A stretch of DNA of 36,365 nt from an uncultured Lachnospiraceae bacterium (GCA_964514555.1 CAZERM010000007.1:1-36365), one strand, 5' to 3'. Positions 8,688 through 18,906 are shown, counted from the first letter of the stretch. A program made the numbers and translations. The notes: generated by a model not told the origin, from the letters alone.

Positions 8688-9047
8688 TTATTCGTTGTCT
8701 TTAGCTTCTGCATCACGAGCGAAAGGTTCGCCGTCGAGCTGGAAGTCTTCTTCAACTTCTTCTGCATCTTCAAGAACTTCGTCTTCGTCAACTTCTTCGA
8801 GAGATTCGCAATCTTCGAATTCGTCGCAGTTTTCGCAGTCGCCGTCGCAGTATTCTTCGAAGTCTTTTTCTTCGTTGCAGCATTCGCACATAAGGTATGC
8901 GCCTGCTGCGCCGCTCACGCCACTGATAGCAAGGAATGCAGCAGAGATGCCTTTTTTCTTTGCTGCAAGTACGATGAATGCAACCATGGATGCAATAGAC
9001 TGTGCAACGAGAGCAAGTGCTACATAAAATTTAGTTTTTTTGAACAT
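8688..9047 (-). CDS. Small membrane protein with a Cys-rich, acidic C-terminus
   Basis: AGGAGG RBS; two hydrophobic helices followed by CECC..CDGDCENCDEFEDC and an E/D-rich tail. Confidence 0.75.
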   Translation of the reverse strand: MFKKTKFYVALALVAQSIASMVAFIVLAAKKKGISAAFLAISGVSGAAGAYLMCECCNEEKDFEEYCDGDCENCDEFEDCESLEEVDEDEVLEDAEEVEEDFQLDGEPFARDAEAKDNE

Positions 9048-9070
9048 GATATGTCCTCCTTTTAAAAAAA

Positions 9071-10171
9071 TTACACTTTCATTTTGAGATAAGCGTTGAT
9101 AAATCCGTCTATCTCGCCGTCCATAACGGCATTGATGTTACCGTCTTCATAACCTGTACGGCTGTCTTTTGCAAGAGTGTAAGGCATGAAAACATAGGAG
9201 CGGATCTGAGAGCCCCATTCGATATTTGTTTTTTCGCCGCGGATATCCTCGATCTTTTCAAGGTTTTCTCTGGCTTTGATCTCTGCGAGTTTGCTCTTGA
9301 GCATTTTGAGAGCCGTTTCCTTGTTCTGGAGCTGGCTACGCTCTGTCTGGCAACCAACAACGATGCCCGTGGGCTTGTGAACTATGCGGATAGCAGAGTC
9401 CGTTTTGTTGATATGCTGACCGCCCGCGCCGCTGGCACGGTGCGCTGTGATCTCAAGGTCTTCTGTTTTAAGCTCGATATCTGTGTTATCGTCAAGCTCG
9501 GGTGTAACTTCGATGGATGCGAAGGATGTGTGTCTTCTGCCCGAGGAGTCGAACGGAGAAACACGAACAAGTCTGTGAACACCGTGTTCGCTCTTAAGGT
9601 AACCGTATACGTTCGTGCCCTCGATGAGGATAGTAGCGCTCTTGATACCTGCTTCTTCGCCGTCGAGCCAGTCGAGAAGCTTAACTGTGTAACCATGGCG
9701 TTCTGCCCATCTTGTATACATACGATAGAGCATCTGCGCCCAGTCCTGCGCTTCTGTACCGCCCGCGCCGGGGTGGATGGAAACGATGGCGCTGCACGCG
9801 TCATATTCGCCGGAAAGGAGCGTTTCAAGGCGCATCTGTTCTTCGCCCTGCTCAATAGCCGCTACTTCCGCAAGAACTTCGTCAACAACGCTTTCGTCGT
9901 TTTCTTCTATGCCCATCTCCGTAAGAGTGAGCGCATCCTCTGCTTTTGCTTTGAGGTTATTATATTCTTCGATCTTGTCCTTTGTTCTTTTAAGCTCCTG
10001 CAAAACTTTGCCGGAACCTTCCGTTTCCCAAAAGCTGGGGGAAGCCGTAAGCTCTTCAAGCTCTGCCACTTTATCGTTGAGCTTATCTATTTTTATTGCA
10101 GACGCAAGTTCTTTAACCGCGTCCATAAGCTGTAAAAGCTTATATTTTGCTTCTTCAAGTTGTACTATCAA
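9071..10171 (-). CDS. prfB: Peptide chain release factor 2 (no programmed frameshift)
   Basis: SPF stop-recognition motif and GGQ motif; TTG start after GGGAGG; continuous 366-aa ORF. Confidence 0.97.
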   Translation of the reverse strand: MIVQLEEAKYKLLQLMDAVKELASAIKIDKLNDKVAELEELTASPSFWETEGSGKVLQELKRTKDKIEEYNNLKAKAEDALTLTEMGIEENDESVVDEVLAEVAAIEQGEEQMRLETLLSGEYDACSAIVSIHPGAGGTEAQDWAQMLYRMYTRWAERHGYTVKLLDWLDGEEAGIKSATILIEGTNVYGYLKSEHGVHRLVRVSPFDSSGRRHTSFASIEVTPELDDNTDIELKTEDLEITAHRASGAGGQHINKTDSAIRIVHKPTGIVVGCQTERSQLQNKETALKMLKSKLAEIKARENLEKIEDIRGEKTNIEWGSQIRSYVFMPYTLAKDSRTGYEDGNINAVMDGEIDGFINAYLKMKV

Positions 10172-10230
10172 GTCTGTCCTCCCGCGCCGAAGCGCCTGTT
10201 TTTCAGTAAAATAAATATATGTTCGATTTT

Positions 10231-10259
10231 ATTTTACCATATCATTTTATAATTGTAAA
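10231..10259 (-). promoter_or_regulatory. Sigma-A promoter for prfB
   Basis: TTTACA-N17-TAAAAT with a TG extended -10. Confidence 0.6.
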
Positions 10260-10294
10260 CTGCGTTTTTGCAACTTTTTATATTTTTTTCGCCT

Positions 10295-10672
10295 TTAATG
10301 GGAGCCGTGCCCATCGAAAAAGCCGTTAAGGCTTATAAACAATCTGCCTTGTTTGTTCTTTTTGAAGCCGACGGCAAGGGTAATGGGGCTTTCCTCGCCC
10401 TCGAAATACACCTCGTCAACACCGCAAAGGTCCATGAAATTGAGCGCTGCGCGACCCAAAAGGAACAACGTGTTGAAATCTTCCGTTCCGGGGGCTTTTG
10501 CGATGCAATATACATGACCTACACCGTTTCTCATGCCGAATTGGCATATACCGCGGAAGATGCCGTCGTCATACGCGGAATATCCGAAGTAATCCGAATG
10601 GTATGTAACGCCGCAATCTCTGCAAAGGGCTTTTTGTTCGTCTTTTTTCTCGATCGGTTTTATCGTAAGCAT
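10295..10672 (-). CDS. Hypothetical protein, possibly GNAT-like fold
   Basis: RBS present and in operon with rluB. The strand/helix pattern with LLGRAALN..G and a late GF is only suggestive of GNAT. Confidence 0.6.
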   Translation of the reverse strand: MLTIKPIEKKDEQKALCRDCGVTYHSDYFGYSAYDDGIFRGICQFGMRNGVGHVYCIAKAPGTEDFNTLFLLGRAALNFMDLCGVDEVYFEGEESPITLAVGFKKNKQGRLFISLNGFFDGHGSH

Positions 10673-10685
10673 AGCTCTTCTCCTG

Positions 10686-11396
10686 TTAAGACATGAGCGA
10701 ATCTACTTCGCTTCTCGTGAGGTATCTCCATTTTCCGGGGCGAAGGTCGCCAAGCTTGAGTGAGCCGAGCGAAACACGGCGAAGCGTTATGATATGAAGC
10801 TCTACCTGCTCACACATCTTTCTGATCTGGCGGTTTCTGCCCTCAAAAAGTTCCATGGCAAGGACGGTGTAATCGTCCTTCATGGTTACGACGGAGATAT
10901 TCACGGGCTTCGTGATATAATCGTCTATCTTCATGGGGTGCGAGAGCGTACGGATCTTTTCGGGTTCCACTTTGCCGCGCACCTTAACATGATATATCTT
11001 GGGTTTGTGGTAACGAGGATGCATAAGTCTGTTTGCAAGCTCGCCGTCGTTCGTGAAGAGCAAAAGTCCTTCGCTCTCCTTGTCGAGTCTGCCGATGGGG
11101 TATACTCTCGTGCCGACATCTTCAACAAGCTCCGCAACGCAGGCTCTGCCCTGTTCATCGTTCATAGTTGTAACGTAGCCGACCGGCTTATTGAGCATTA
11201 CATAGACATATTTTTTCTTTGCCGTGCCTATGCGCTTGCCTTTGTATTCGACAACATCAACTTCGTCGTCTATCTTCTGACCCAAAACGGCACGGACGCC
11301 GTTTACGGTAACATTGCCTCTCTGAATCTCTTCTTCCGCCGCGCGGCGCGACATAACGCCTGCTTCGGACATGAATTTTTGAAGTCTTTTTTCCAT
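10686..11396 (-). CDS. rluB: rRNA pseudouridine synthase (RsuA/RluB family)
   Basis: S4 domain RLQKF..SRR.AE, GRLD catalytic motif and EGRNRQIRKM. Confidence 0.9.
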   Translation of the reverse strand: MEKRLQKFMSEAGVMSRRAAEEEIQRGNVTVNGVRAVLGQKIDDEVDVVEYKGKRIGTAKKKYVYVMLNKPVGYVTTMNDEQGRACVAELVEDVGTRVYPIGRLDKESEGLLLFTNDGELANRLMHPRYHKPKIYHVKVRGKVEPEKIRTLSHPMKIDDYITKPVNISVVTMKDDYTVLAMELFEGRNRQIRKMCEQVELHIITLRRVSLGSLKLGDLRPGKWRYLTRSEVDSLMS

Positions 11397-11417
11397 GTTC
11401 GCAAAATCCTCAATAAT

Positions 11418-12509
11418 TTATTTTCCGAAAATTCCGCGCCGAGCTGTCTTTTTCGGAATTTCCTCTGCCGTATATATCGCGGCTTCGCCTATCTCCCTTT
11501 CGCAAAGGAAAAAACGAATTCGCCCAACACGGCTTCCTGCGGGCATACCCGCATATATGAATCTTTCAAGCTCCGTTTTTGTGCTTATCTCTTTGCGCTC
11601 TTTCGGAAGCGATACAGAGAGCGCTTCTTTATTGAACGCTTTAACGGTGCTTTTTTCGCCGCCCACAACGTGGATATCGAACGAAAACTCGCCCTCTTTC
11701 GCAAGACTCACGCTTTCGTAAATATTCGCTCCGTGATCGAGCAAGCATCTGTGGTCTTGCCAATCGTTGCCGTCATCGAGCGTAACGCAGATAAGCTTCA
11801 CACCACCGCATATCGCCGCGGAGACGAGCGTTCTGCCGCATTTTTTCGTAAATCCTGTCTTTACGCCGATGATATCGTCATAGATACGCAACAGCCTGTT
11901 GTGGTTCACGAGATATCTCTCGGAGCCTTGTGTATCTGTCGATATCTTCGCCGTTTTTGTCGATACGATCTTTGCAAAAGCCTCGTTTTCGAGCGCTTCC
12001 GCCGCAATGAGCGCAAGCTCATATGCTGTGGTGTAATGGTCCTTGCCGTCAAGCCCGTGCGGATTTTCAAAATGAGTATTTGAAAGTCCCATCCTTTGCG
12101 CCCTCTCGTTCATCATGTCGGCAAAACCCTCTATGCTTCCGCCAACGGCAAAAGCTATGGCAACAGCCGCATCATTCGCACTTTGCAACATCAGCGCATA
12201 CAAAAGCTCTTCGAGCGTTATGCGCTCTCCTGCACGAAGATAGACGGAAGAACCCTCTACGCCCTGCGCCTGCGGTGCCACGGTTATAACGGTATCGAGC
12301 GACATATTTTCGAGCGCCACGAGCGCCGTCATTATCTTTGTCGTACTCGCCATGCCGCGTCGAGTGTTTTCGTCCTTGGCATAGATGATATCTTTGCTCT
12401 GCGCCTCTATGAGAACGGCGCTCTTTGCGCTGACTGTCAAAGCATGGGTACACGGCGAAAAAGCCACACAAAGCGCAAACGTTGCCAAAACGGCAATTAT
12501 CTTTTTCAT
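11418..12509 (-). CDS. dacB: D-alanyl-D-alanine carboxypeptidase (DacB-like)
   Basis: STTK, SAN and KTG motifs, EGSSVYL; conserved ytfJ-dacB-rluB context. Confidence 0.8.
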   Translation of the reverse strand: MKKIIAVLATFALCVAFSPCTHALTVSAKSAVLIEAQSKDIIYAKDENTRRGMASTTKIMTALVALENMSLDTVITVAPQAQGVEGSSVYLRAGERITLEELLYALMLQSANDAAVAIAFAVGGSIEGFADMMNERAQRMGLSNTHFENPHGLDGKDHYTTAYELALIAAEALENEAFAKIVSTKTAKISTDTQGSERYLVNHNRLLRIYDDIIGVKTGFTKKCGRTLVSAAICGGVKLICVTLDDGNDWQDHRCLLDHGANIYESVSLAKEGEFSFDIHVVGGEKSTVKAFNKEALSVSLPKERKEISTKTELERFIYAGMPAGSRVGRIRFFLCEREIGEAAIYTAEEIPKKTARRGIFGK

Positions 12510-12595
12510 TATCAGTTTCTCCGAAAAATATTATTTTTCTTTATTTTGGGAGAAACGCTCTGTTTTATTCAGCGAAGAACGCTGGAAAAAGCGCC

Positions 12596-13165
12596 TTATT
12601 CGGCTTTTTCTTCCGTTTTTTCTTCAACAACGGCTTCTGCTGCCTGTGTCGGAGCCTGCTCTTCCTTTTCGACGGAGACTTCAACTTCAACTTTCGGCTG
12701 TCCTTCCGCCGTGCCCTCTGTTTTTTTCTTTTCTTCTTTTTTCTTGTCAAGGGTAGTTTTAAGTTTCCCGATGATGGAGGGAAGCTTTTCAACGATGCTC
12801 TCGATAGAGGAGCCTACATCGTTGCCGGGGTTGTTGATGTTTATCATCTCTACCTTGCCCTCACTGTCTACAACGAGGAAGCCGATCGGAACGACGGAAA
12901 CACCCGTGCCGCCACCACCGCCAAAATTATTTTTCTGCTTAGGTGTAGCGTTTTTGCTTGCATAATCGTTGCCGCCGCCCGCAAATCCCATAGATATTTT
13001 GGAAATGGGTATGATGACCGTTCCGGATGCAGTTTCGATGGGCGTGCCCGTTACGGTGTTTGCGTCCAAAAATTCGCGAACGCTTCCGAGAGCTTCTTTT
13101 ATAAGCTCGCTTATTTTGTTCTTTTCTTCAGCATTTTCGGTCTGTTCCTGTGTTTTGTTCCACAT
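12596..13165 (-). CDS. ytfJ: Sporulation/germination protein YtfJ (GerW family)
   Basis: DANTVTGTPI..VIIPISK..GFAGGG..FGGGGGTGVSVVPIGFLVV. Confidence 0.9.
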   Translation of the reverse strand: MWNKTQEQTENAEEKNKISELIKEALGSVREFLDANTVTGTPIETASGTVIIPISKISMGFAGGGNDYASKNATPKQKNNFGGGGGTGVSVVPIGFLVVDSEGKVEMININNPGNDVGSSIESIVEKLPSIIGKLKTTLDKKKEEKKKTEGTAEGQPKVEVEVSVEKEEQAPTQAAEAVVEEKTEEKAE

Positions 13166-13901
13166 AGTTTTCGTTCCTTTCCGGCTCTTTAGCCTTAGAA
13201 TTTTTATCTTTATTTTTTTCTTTCTTCTTTTTGGGCATCTTTTTTATCTTCTTGCACGTCAAAAGTTTCCAAACAGCAACACCTGCCGCAGAAAATACGA
13301 GCTTGAGTACCTGCCCAACAGTTATGGAGATATCCACACCGATGTTCGCCTGCATCTTTTCCGAAAGATAATCGCATCTTGCGCCTATCTCCGCGTCGTC
13401 CTCTATCTTAAAATCCATGGCGCTTTCGAGTATTTCGAAAATTATATTGCAGGAGCCGCATATCGCACCGAACATCATCGCCGTTTTTGCCGCATCGCCC
13501 GTGGCAACGCAAACGGAAAAGTTATGCACTCTTACGCGAAGATATTTTTTGAGCCTTTTGAATATGGTTACCAAAAGCTTTTTCACAAGGTCAAGGATGT
13601 CCGTCAAAGCTATCTTTGTCTTTGGTTTGTCCTCTTTACTGCTCTTTTTGTCCTTCTTCGGCTTATCCTTGGGTTTTTGTTTTTGCTTTTTCTTCTTTTT
13701 TGGCTTTGCTTTTTTAGGTGGAAGATCAAGCTCGGGGTCGGGCGGAACAGTCTTTTTTGTGCTGAATACCTTTATATTTATAAAAAGCACTTTTACGAAT
13801 ACATCAAGGTCATCTCTGACACGCAAAAAAACGTGCGCTCTTATGCAACCGATAAGAAAGAATACAAATATTATCGAGCAGATAACTATTGCCGCCGTCA
13901 T
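13128..13901 (-). CDS. DUF2953 (YtfI-like) membrane protein
   Basis: N-terminal TM, Lys-rich linker, ATGDAAKTAMMFG motif; directly upstream of ytfJ. Confidence 0.75.
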   Translation of the reverse strand: MTAAIVICSIIFVFFLIGCIRAHVFLRVRDDLDVFVKVLFINIKVFSTKKTVPPDPELDLPPKKAKPKKKKKQKQKPKDKPKKDKKSSKEDKPKTKIALTDILDLVKKLLVTIFKRLKKYLRVRVHNFSVCVATGDAAKTAMMFGAICGSCNIIFEILESAMDFKIEDDAEIGARCDYLSEKMQANIGVDISITVGQVLKLVFSAAGVAVWKLLTCKKIKKMPKKKKEKNKDKNSKAKEPERNENYVEQNTGTDRKC

Positions 13902-14461
13902 ACGCTTTCTCCGGAGGACGTCTCCAGCTTGGGCAGCTCATCTATGGAAGAAAGACCGAACGAACGAAGGAAGCCCGCCGTCGTACCGTAGAGCCTCGGC
14001 TTTCCGGGAACGTCCATGCGTCCCTGACATTCGATAAGCCCTCTTTCCAAAAGGCTGTTTACGGTGTACGAACTGTCTGCGCCGCGCACCTGATCTATAT
14101 ATGTTTTCGTTACAGGCTGATTATACGCCACTATCGCGAGCGTTTCGAGGCTTGCGCGCGAAAGGTTTCCGCCTTCTTTTATGCCGAGTGCGGCGCGGAT
14201 ATAGCTTGCATATTCCTCTTTTGTAACGAGCTGGCAAGCGTCGCCGAGCAACAGGAGCTGTATGCCTCTGCCGAATGATGAATCATATTTTTCTTTATAT
14301 TCGGCAACGATCTTTCGAACCTCTTCTTCCGAAAGACCAATGACTTGTGCAAGCTTTTTATATGTTACTTCGTGCCCTGCGGCAAAAAGTATCGCTTCGA
14401 TCACCTTTTCGGCTTCTTCCGCCGAAAGCTCTATGTCATGTTCCTGCGCGTTGTCAAGCAT
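13898..14461 (-). CDS. scpB: SMC-Scp complex subunit ScpB
   Basis: IEAILFA, LSRASLETLAIVAYNQPVT and PRLYGTT.FL.SFGL motifs. Confidence 0.95.
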   Translation of the reverse strand: MLDNAQEHDIELSAEEAEKVIEAILFAAGHEVTYKKLAQVIGLSEEEVRKIVAEYKEKYDSSFGRGIQLLLLGDACQLVTKEEYASYIRAALGIKEGGNLSRASLETLAIVAYNQPVTKTYIDQVRGADSSYTVNSLLERGLIECQGRMDVPGKPRLYGTTAGFLRSFGLSSIDELPKLETSSGESV

Positions 14462-15224
14462 TTACGCTCGCCTCCTCTTGCATTTTTTCTCTGTTATGTT
14501 CTCGGTTCAACATCAAAAGGATAGTTCCCGAATTTTCTTTTGAATATTCGCTGTCTATCGAAATTCTGCCCGAACGCAAAAGCTCCAATATGGCATAGAA
14601 CGTCGCAACGAGCGCAGATCGGCTCTCCACTTCCTCGAAAAATTCGTCAAAGTAGACCGCGCGGCGCTTCACCATCTTTCGCATGACAAACATTATCTTG
14701 CCCGGGATGGAAACGACCTTCTTCTTGATCAGCGGATTTATTACCTCTATCGGCACGCTTTCCTGCTCTCTCTTTCTCTCTGCCATTCTGAAAAGCACGC
14801 GTGAAAGAGACTTTGTGAGCAATTCCGCATCGAGATCGAGCGGAGCGTCTTTTCTCGGCTTTATCTCGTCGGTATCCTTCTCAAAACGTCCGCTGTATTC
14901 TTTGGAGCGCTCCGAAAGTATGCTTGCCGCCTCTTTTGCCATTTTATATTCCATCAATTTGCGGACGAGCTCTTCTCTGGGGTCTTCCTGTGTATGCGGC
15001 AAGAGCATCTTGCTCTTGATGAGCATAAGCTCTGCCGCCATGGTTATAAATTCGCCCGCAACATCCATATCCATGCGCTTCATCTCCCCAACATAGGACA
15101 TATATTGGTCAAAGAGCGCGAATATTTGGATGTCGAAGATATTCATTTTATTTTTTGTGATAAGGGCAAGCAACAGGTCGAGCGGACCTTCGTACACGCC
15201 CGTTTTAAAAACAAGCTCAGACAT
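14454..15224 (-). CDS. scpA: Segregation and condensation protein A
   Basis: EGPLDLLL.LI, EFITMAAELMLIKSKMLLP, EDPREELV and TFYAILEL motifs. Confidence 0.95.
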   Translation of the reverse strand: MSELVFKTGVYEGPLDLLLALITKNKMNIFDIQIFALFDQYMSYVGEMKRMDMDVAGEFITMAAELMLIKSKMLLPHTQEDPREELVRKLMEYKMAKEAASILSERSKEYSGRFEKDTDEIKPRKDAPLDLDAELLTKSLSRVLFRMAERKREQESVPIEVINPLIKKKVVSIPGKIMFVMRKMVKRRAVYFDEFFEEVESRSALVATFYAILELLRSGRISIDSEYSKENSGTILLMLNREHNREKMQEEASVNA

Positions 15225-15242
15225 TTTTTACTCCGAATGTTT

Positions 15243-15896
15243 TTATTTGAAAATGGGTATAAGCTCTACGAGCCATTCCATGCCGCTGAGCACCCCGTTG
15301 CTAAGGAAAGACAAGGGCGCGTCGAGCAAGCCCATACACATAACGATGATAACGCCGAGCATGATATATTTCTCATATTTCATTATGCCGAAATATGTCT
15401 TTGGCGGCATGAATATATACGCTATACGTGAGCCGTCGAACGGCGGCACCGGGATAAGGTTGAATATTGCCAAATATACGTTGAGCTGTGCAAACACCAT
15501 GAAGAAAAGCCATACCGTATAGCAAAAATAATACATCGCGTTTGTTTCGTAAAATGTAAGCAAACCCATAAGCTCATATCCTATAACACCGATGAAAGCC
15601 ATTATGAGGTTTGAGATGGGTCCTGCCGCCGCGGTAAGAGCCATATCGCGGCGAGGATTTTTATAATAGCGTGCGTTCACGGGGACGGGCTTTGCCCAAC
15701 CGATGTGAAACAACACCATGCAGATAAAGCCCATGAGGTCAAAATGCTTAAAGGGATTAAGCGATATCCTGCCAAGGTTCATCGCCGTCGGGTCGCCGAG
15801 CTTATATGACATATAGCCGTGGGCGCTTTCGTGTACGGAGATGGCGATGAGAGATGCGGGAACGCTCAATAACAAGTTAAATAAAAGTCCTGGCAT
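15243..15896 (-). CDS. Site-2 (M50) membrane metalloprotease
   Basis: HESAH (HExxH), GWAKPVP, AGP and NLIPVPPFDG motifs. Confidence 0.92.
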   Translation of the reverse strand: MPGLLFNLLLSVPASLIAISVHESAHGYMSYKLGDPTAMNLGRISLNPFKHFDLMGFICMVLFHIGWAKPVPVNARYYKNPRRDMALTAAAGPISNLIMAFIGVIGYELMGLLTFYETNAMYYFCYTVWLFFMVFAQLNVYLAIFNLIPVPPFDGSRIAYIFMPPKTYFGIMKYEKYIMLGVIIVMCMGLLDAPLSFLSNGVLSGMEWLVELIPIFK

Positions 15897-15923
15897 TTCA
15901 ATCTTCCATTCAAAATTTATTTT

Positions 15924-16526
15924 TTATTTTTCAGCTATTGCGGACAAAACGCTCAAAAGCTCGTTCTTGCCCTCTCCGTTGAGCGAGGAAAAGGGGATGA
16001 TATCTATCTTTTTACCTGCTTCGGGAGGGTTGAGCAAAGGGTCGTTTGCAAGAGCCTCAAGATTTGCCGCTCTGTTCGTTTTGTTAAGCTTGTCGCACTT
16101 TGTTGCGACGATTATATATGGTATATTCGATCTGTTCATGAAATCGCACATCATGCGGTCATCCGCCGTTGCGCCTGCTTTAAGGTCAACGAGCTGAACG
16201 ATAAGCTCTGGCGTGTTGCGGCGAAGGTAAGTATCCGTAAGGTTCGAAAATTTGCGTTGTTCGTCTGCGTTACGCTTTGCGTAGCCGTAACCGGGAAGGT
16301 CAACGAGATAAACTTTTTTGTCGATGTTGTAAAAGTTTATCGTTATAGTTTTACCGGGCGCGGAGCTGACGCGCGCAAAATTTTTTCTGCCCAATACCGT
16401 ATTGATGAGCGAGCTTTTACCCACATTAGAGCGCCCCGAGAGCGCTACTTCGGGAATACTGTCGTTGGGAAACTGCGACGGCATACCTGCCGTCATGGAA
16501 AGCACGACGTTTTGCGTATTCAGCAT
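15924..16526 (-). CDS. engB: Ribosome biogenesis GTPase YsxC/EngB
   Basis: GRSNVGKSSLIN, PGKT, DLPGYG and TKCD motifs; downstream of lon. Confidence 0.95.
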   Translation of the reverse strand: MLNTQNVVLSMTAGMPSQFPNDSIPEVALSGRSNVGKSSLINTVLGRKNFARVSSAPGKTITINFYNIDKKVYLVDLPGYGYAKRNADEQRKFSNLTDTYLRRNTPELIVQLVDLKAGATADDRMMCDFMNRSNIPYIIVATKCDKLNKTNRAANLEALANDPLLNPPEAGKKIDIIPFSSLNGEGKNELLSVLSAIAEK

Positions 16527-16551
16527 TTTTTACTTTCTCCTTGGTTTTTAT

Positions 16552-18906
16552 TTATTTAGCCTCTGTGCGGTCGAAGGGGTCTTTAACGAGAGCGATGGAG
16601 AGCGCTTCCGCAACATTGGAAACCGTTACGATATTTACGTTCTCTTTTACTTCGTTTGCGATCTCTTCCATATCGGCTTTGTTTTCTTCGGGGATGATTA
16701 TCGTCTTGATACCTGCAAGGTAAGCCGCCATAGTCTTTTCACGCAAGCCGCCTATTGCGGTAACTCTGCCGTGAAGCGTTATCTCGCCTGTCATGGAAAC
16801 ATCCTTGCGGCAAGGTATGCCCGTGAGTTCGCTGACGAGCGAAGTCGTGATAGCCGTACCTGCGGAGGGGCCGTCCTTGGGAACTGCGCCCTCGGGGAAA
16901 TGGATATGTATATCCTTTGTCTTGTAGAAATCGGAGGGGATGCCCAAAGCGTTTGCGTGTGCGCGGATAAAGCTTACTGCGGCACGAGCGGATTCTTTCA
17001 TAACATCGCCGAGAGAACCTGTAAGTTCGAGTTTGCCTGTGCCGTCCATCGCAACGGATTCGATACGGAGGAGCGAGCCGCCGACTTCTGTCCAAGCCAT
17101 GCCCTGAGATATTCCCACTTCGTCGCGGTCATATACTTTTTCGGGGATGATCTTTGAAACGCCTACAAAATCTACGATATTTTTCTTCGTAACGCGAACG
17201 CTCTTTTCACCGTCAACGGAGATAAGCTTTGCCGCCTTGCGACAGCATCTTGCAACGAGTCTTTCAAGGCTTCTTACGCCGCTTTCGCGAGTGTACATAT
17301 CGATGAGCGTGTATATAGCATCATCTGTGATAGTCAACATTCTGCCCTTCAAGCCATGGCGCTTTTTCTGCTTGGGGATAAGGTGGTTGCGCGCGATGGA
17401 GAATTTTTCGTGTCTTGTATAGCTTTTAAGCTCGATTATCTCCATACGGTCGAGCAAGGGGCGAGAGATCGTGTCAAGGCTGTTCGCCGTCGCTATAAAC
17501 ATACAACGGGAAAGGTCAACGGGCATCTCTACAAAATGATCGCGGAAAGTGCGGTTCTGCTCGCCGTCCAAAACCTCGAGCATTGCGCTTGCGGGGTCGC
17601 CGCGGTGGTCGCTTGCCATCTTGTCTATCTCATCGAGCAAGATGAGCGGATTGTTCGTGCCTGCCTGGCAAAGCGCCTGAACTATTCTGCCGGGCATGGA
17701 GCCTACGTATGTTTTTCTATGACCGCGGATCTCCGCTTCATCTCTTACACCGCCGAGCGAAACACGCACATATTTGCGTTTTGTCGCACGAGCAATGGAA
17801 GCGGCAATGGATGTTTTACCTGTTCCGGGAGGTCCAACCAAGCATATCACCTGGTTTTTAAGCTCGGGGTTGAGCTTTATTGCGGACATATATTCGATGA
17901 TTCTTTCTTTTACCTTTTCGAGTCCGTCGTGGTCCTCGTCGAGTATCTTCTGAACGGCGGCGATATCATCGCGTTCTTTTGTGGAGGTAGACCACGGAAT
18001 TTCAAGGCATGCCTCGATATAGTTGCGGAGCACCACATTATCGGCTGAACCGACAGGTGTGCGCTGGAGCTTCTTTATCTCTCTGTAAAGTCTTTCTTCG
18101 ACTTCCTTGGGGAAGTTGCCGTTTGCTATCTTCTTTTTATATTCGATGATATCATCGTCAGTGTCTTCGTCCTCGCCAAGCTCGTTCTGGATAGCTTTTA
18201 TCTGCTCACGGAGGTAATAGTCGCGCTGGTTGCGATCCATGCTCTCGCGGACTTCCTGCTGTATCTTTTCCTCAACGGCGAGTATCTCTTTTTCGTGTTC
18301 GAGGATGATAACGAGTTTGTGAAGTCTTCTGATGGGATCAAATTCGGAAAGGAGCGCCTGTTTGTCTTTGATCTCGGAGATGACGTTTGATGCAACAAAA
18401 TCGCCCAAAAGTTCGGGGTCATCTATCGTATTTATAAGGAACCAAAGTTCCTTTGAAAATTTGGGAAGTGTCTTTGAAAAATCGCCTATGATATCGCGGA
18501 TATCGCGAACGAGCGCTTCGCACTCTATGTCATGACCCTCGAGCATAACGGTCCTTTCGATGACCGTTGCCGTGAGGTATTTTCCCGATTTGATGCTTTC
18601 CACCTCTGCGCGTGCGATGGGTTCCACAACGAGGCGGAAGGAGGAGCCGTTACCTTTAACGAGCTGTTTTATCTTGGCAACTGTACCGCAAGTGTAGCAG
18701 TCCTTTTCTGTGGGTGATTGAACCGCCGCTTCCTTCTGGCATACAAGGAATATCATGTTATCTGCGTTTGCCGCAGCTTCGCAAGCGCGCTTTGACGGTG
18801 CGCGTGCCACATCAAGATTCATGGGTATGCCCGGAAATGCCACTATCTGACGCATTGCGACACAAGGAAGCGTAAGTTTTCTTATGTTCTCTGTTGTTTC
18901 TGACAT
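16552..18906 (-). CDS. lon: ATP-dependent Lon protease
   Basis: Walker A GPPGTGKT, LLDEIDK, PKDGPSAG catalytic Ser and IGGLREK. Start set at ATG 18906 (MSETTE); the upstream extension to 18975 overlaps the promoter region. Confidence 0.95.
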   Translation of the reverse strand: MSETTENIRKLTLPCVAMRQIVAFPGIPMNLDVARAPSKRACEAAANADNMIFLVCQKEAAVQSPTEKDCYTCGTVAKIKQLVKGNGSSFRLVVEPIARAEVESIKSGKYLTATVIERTVMLEGHDIECEALVRDIRDIIGDFSKTLPKFSKELWFLINTIDDPELLGDFVASNVISEIKDKQALLSEFDPIRRLHKLVIILEHEKEILAVEEKIQQEVRESMDRNQRDYYLREQIKAIQNELGEDEDTDDDIIEYKKKIANGNFPKEVEERLYREIKKLQRTPVGSADNVVLRNYIEACLEIPWSTSTKERDDIAAVQKILDEDHDGLEKVKERIIEYMSAIKLNPELKNQVICLVGPPGTGKTSIAASIARATKRKYVRVSLGGVRDEAEIRGHRKTYVGSMPGRIVQALCQAGTNNPLILLDEIDKMASDHRGDPASAMLEVLDGEQNRTFRDHFVEMPVDLSRCMFIATANSLDTISRPLLDRMEIIELKSYTRHEKFSIARNHLIPKQKKRHGLKGRMLTITDDAIYTLIDMYTRESGVRSLERLVARCCRKAAKLISVDGEKSVRVTKKNIVDFVGVSKIIPEKVYDRDEVGISQGMAWTEVGGSLLRIESVAMDGTGKLELTGSLGDVMKESARAAVSFIRAHANALGIPSDFYKTKDIHIHFPEGAVPKDGPSAGTAITTSLVSELTGIPCRKDVSMTGEITLHGRVTAIGGLREKTMAAYLAGIKTIIIPEENKADMEEIANEVKENVNIVTVSNVAEALSIALVKDPFDRTEAK

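Noticed and set aside
10794-12083. Long plus-strand ORFs (also 3507-4595, 22064-23560, 27590-28843 and 30569-32149)
   Set aside because: They are antisense shadows of well-supported minus-strand genes, with no motifs or RBS; codon bias on the coding strand explains them.
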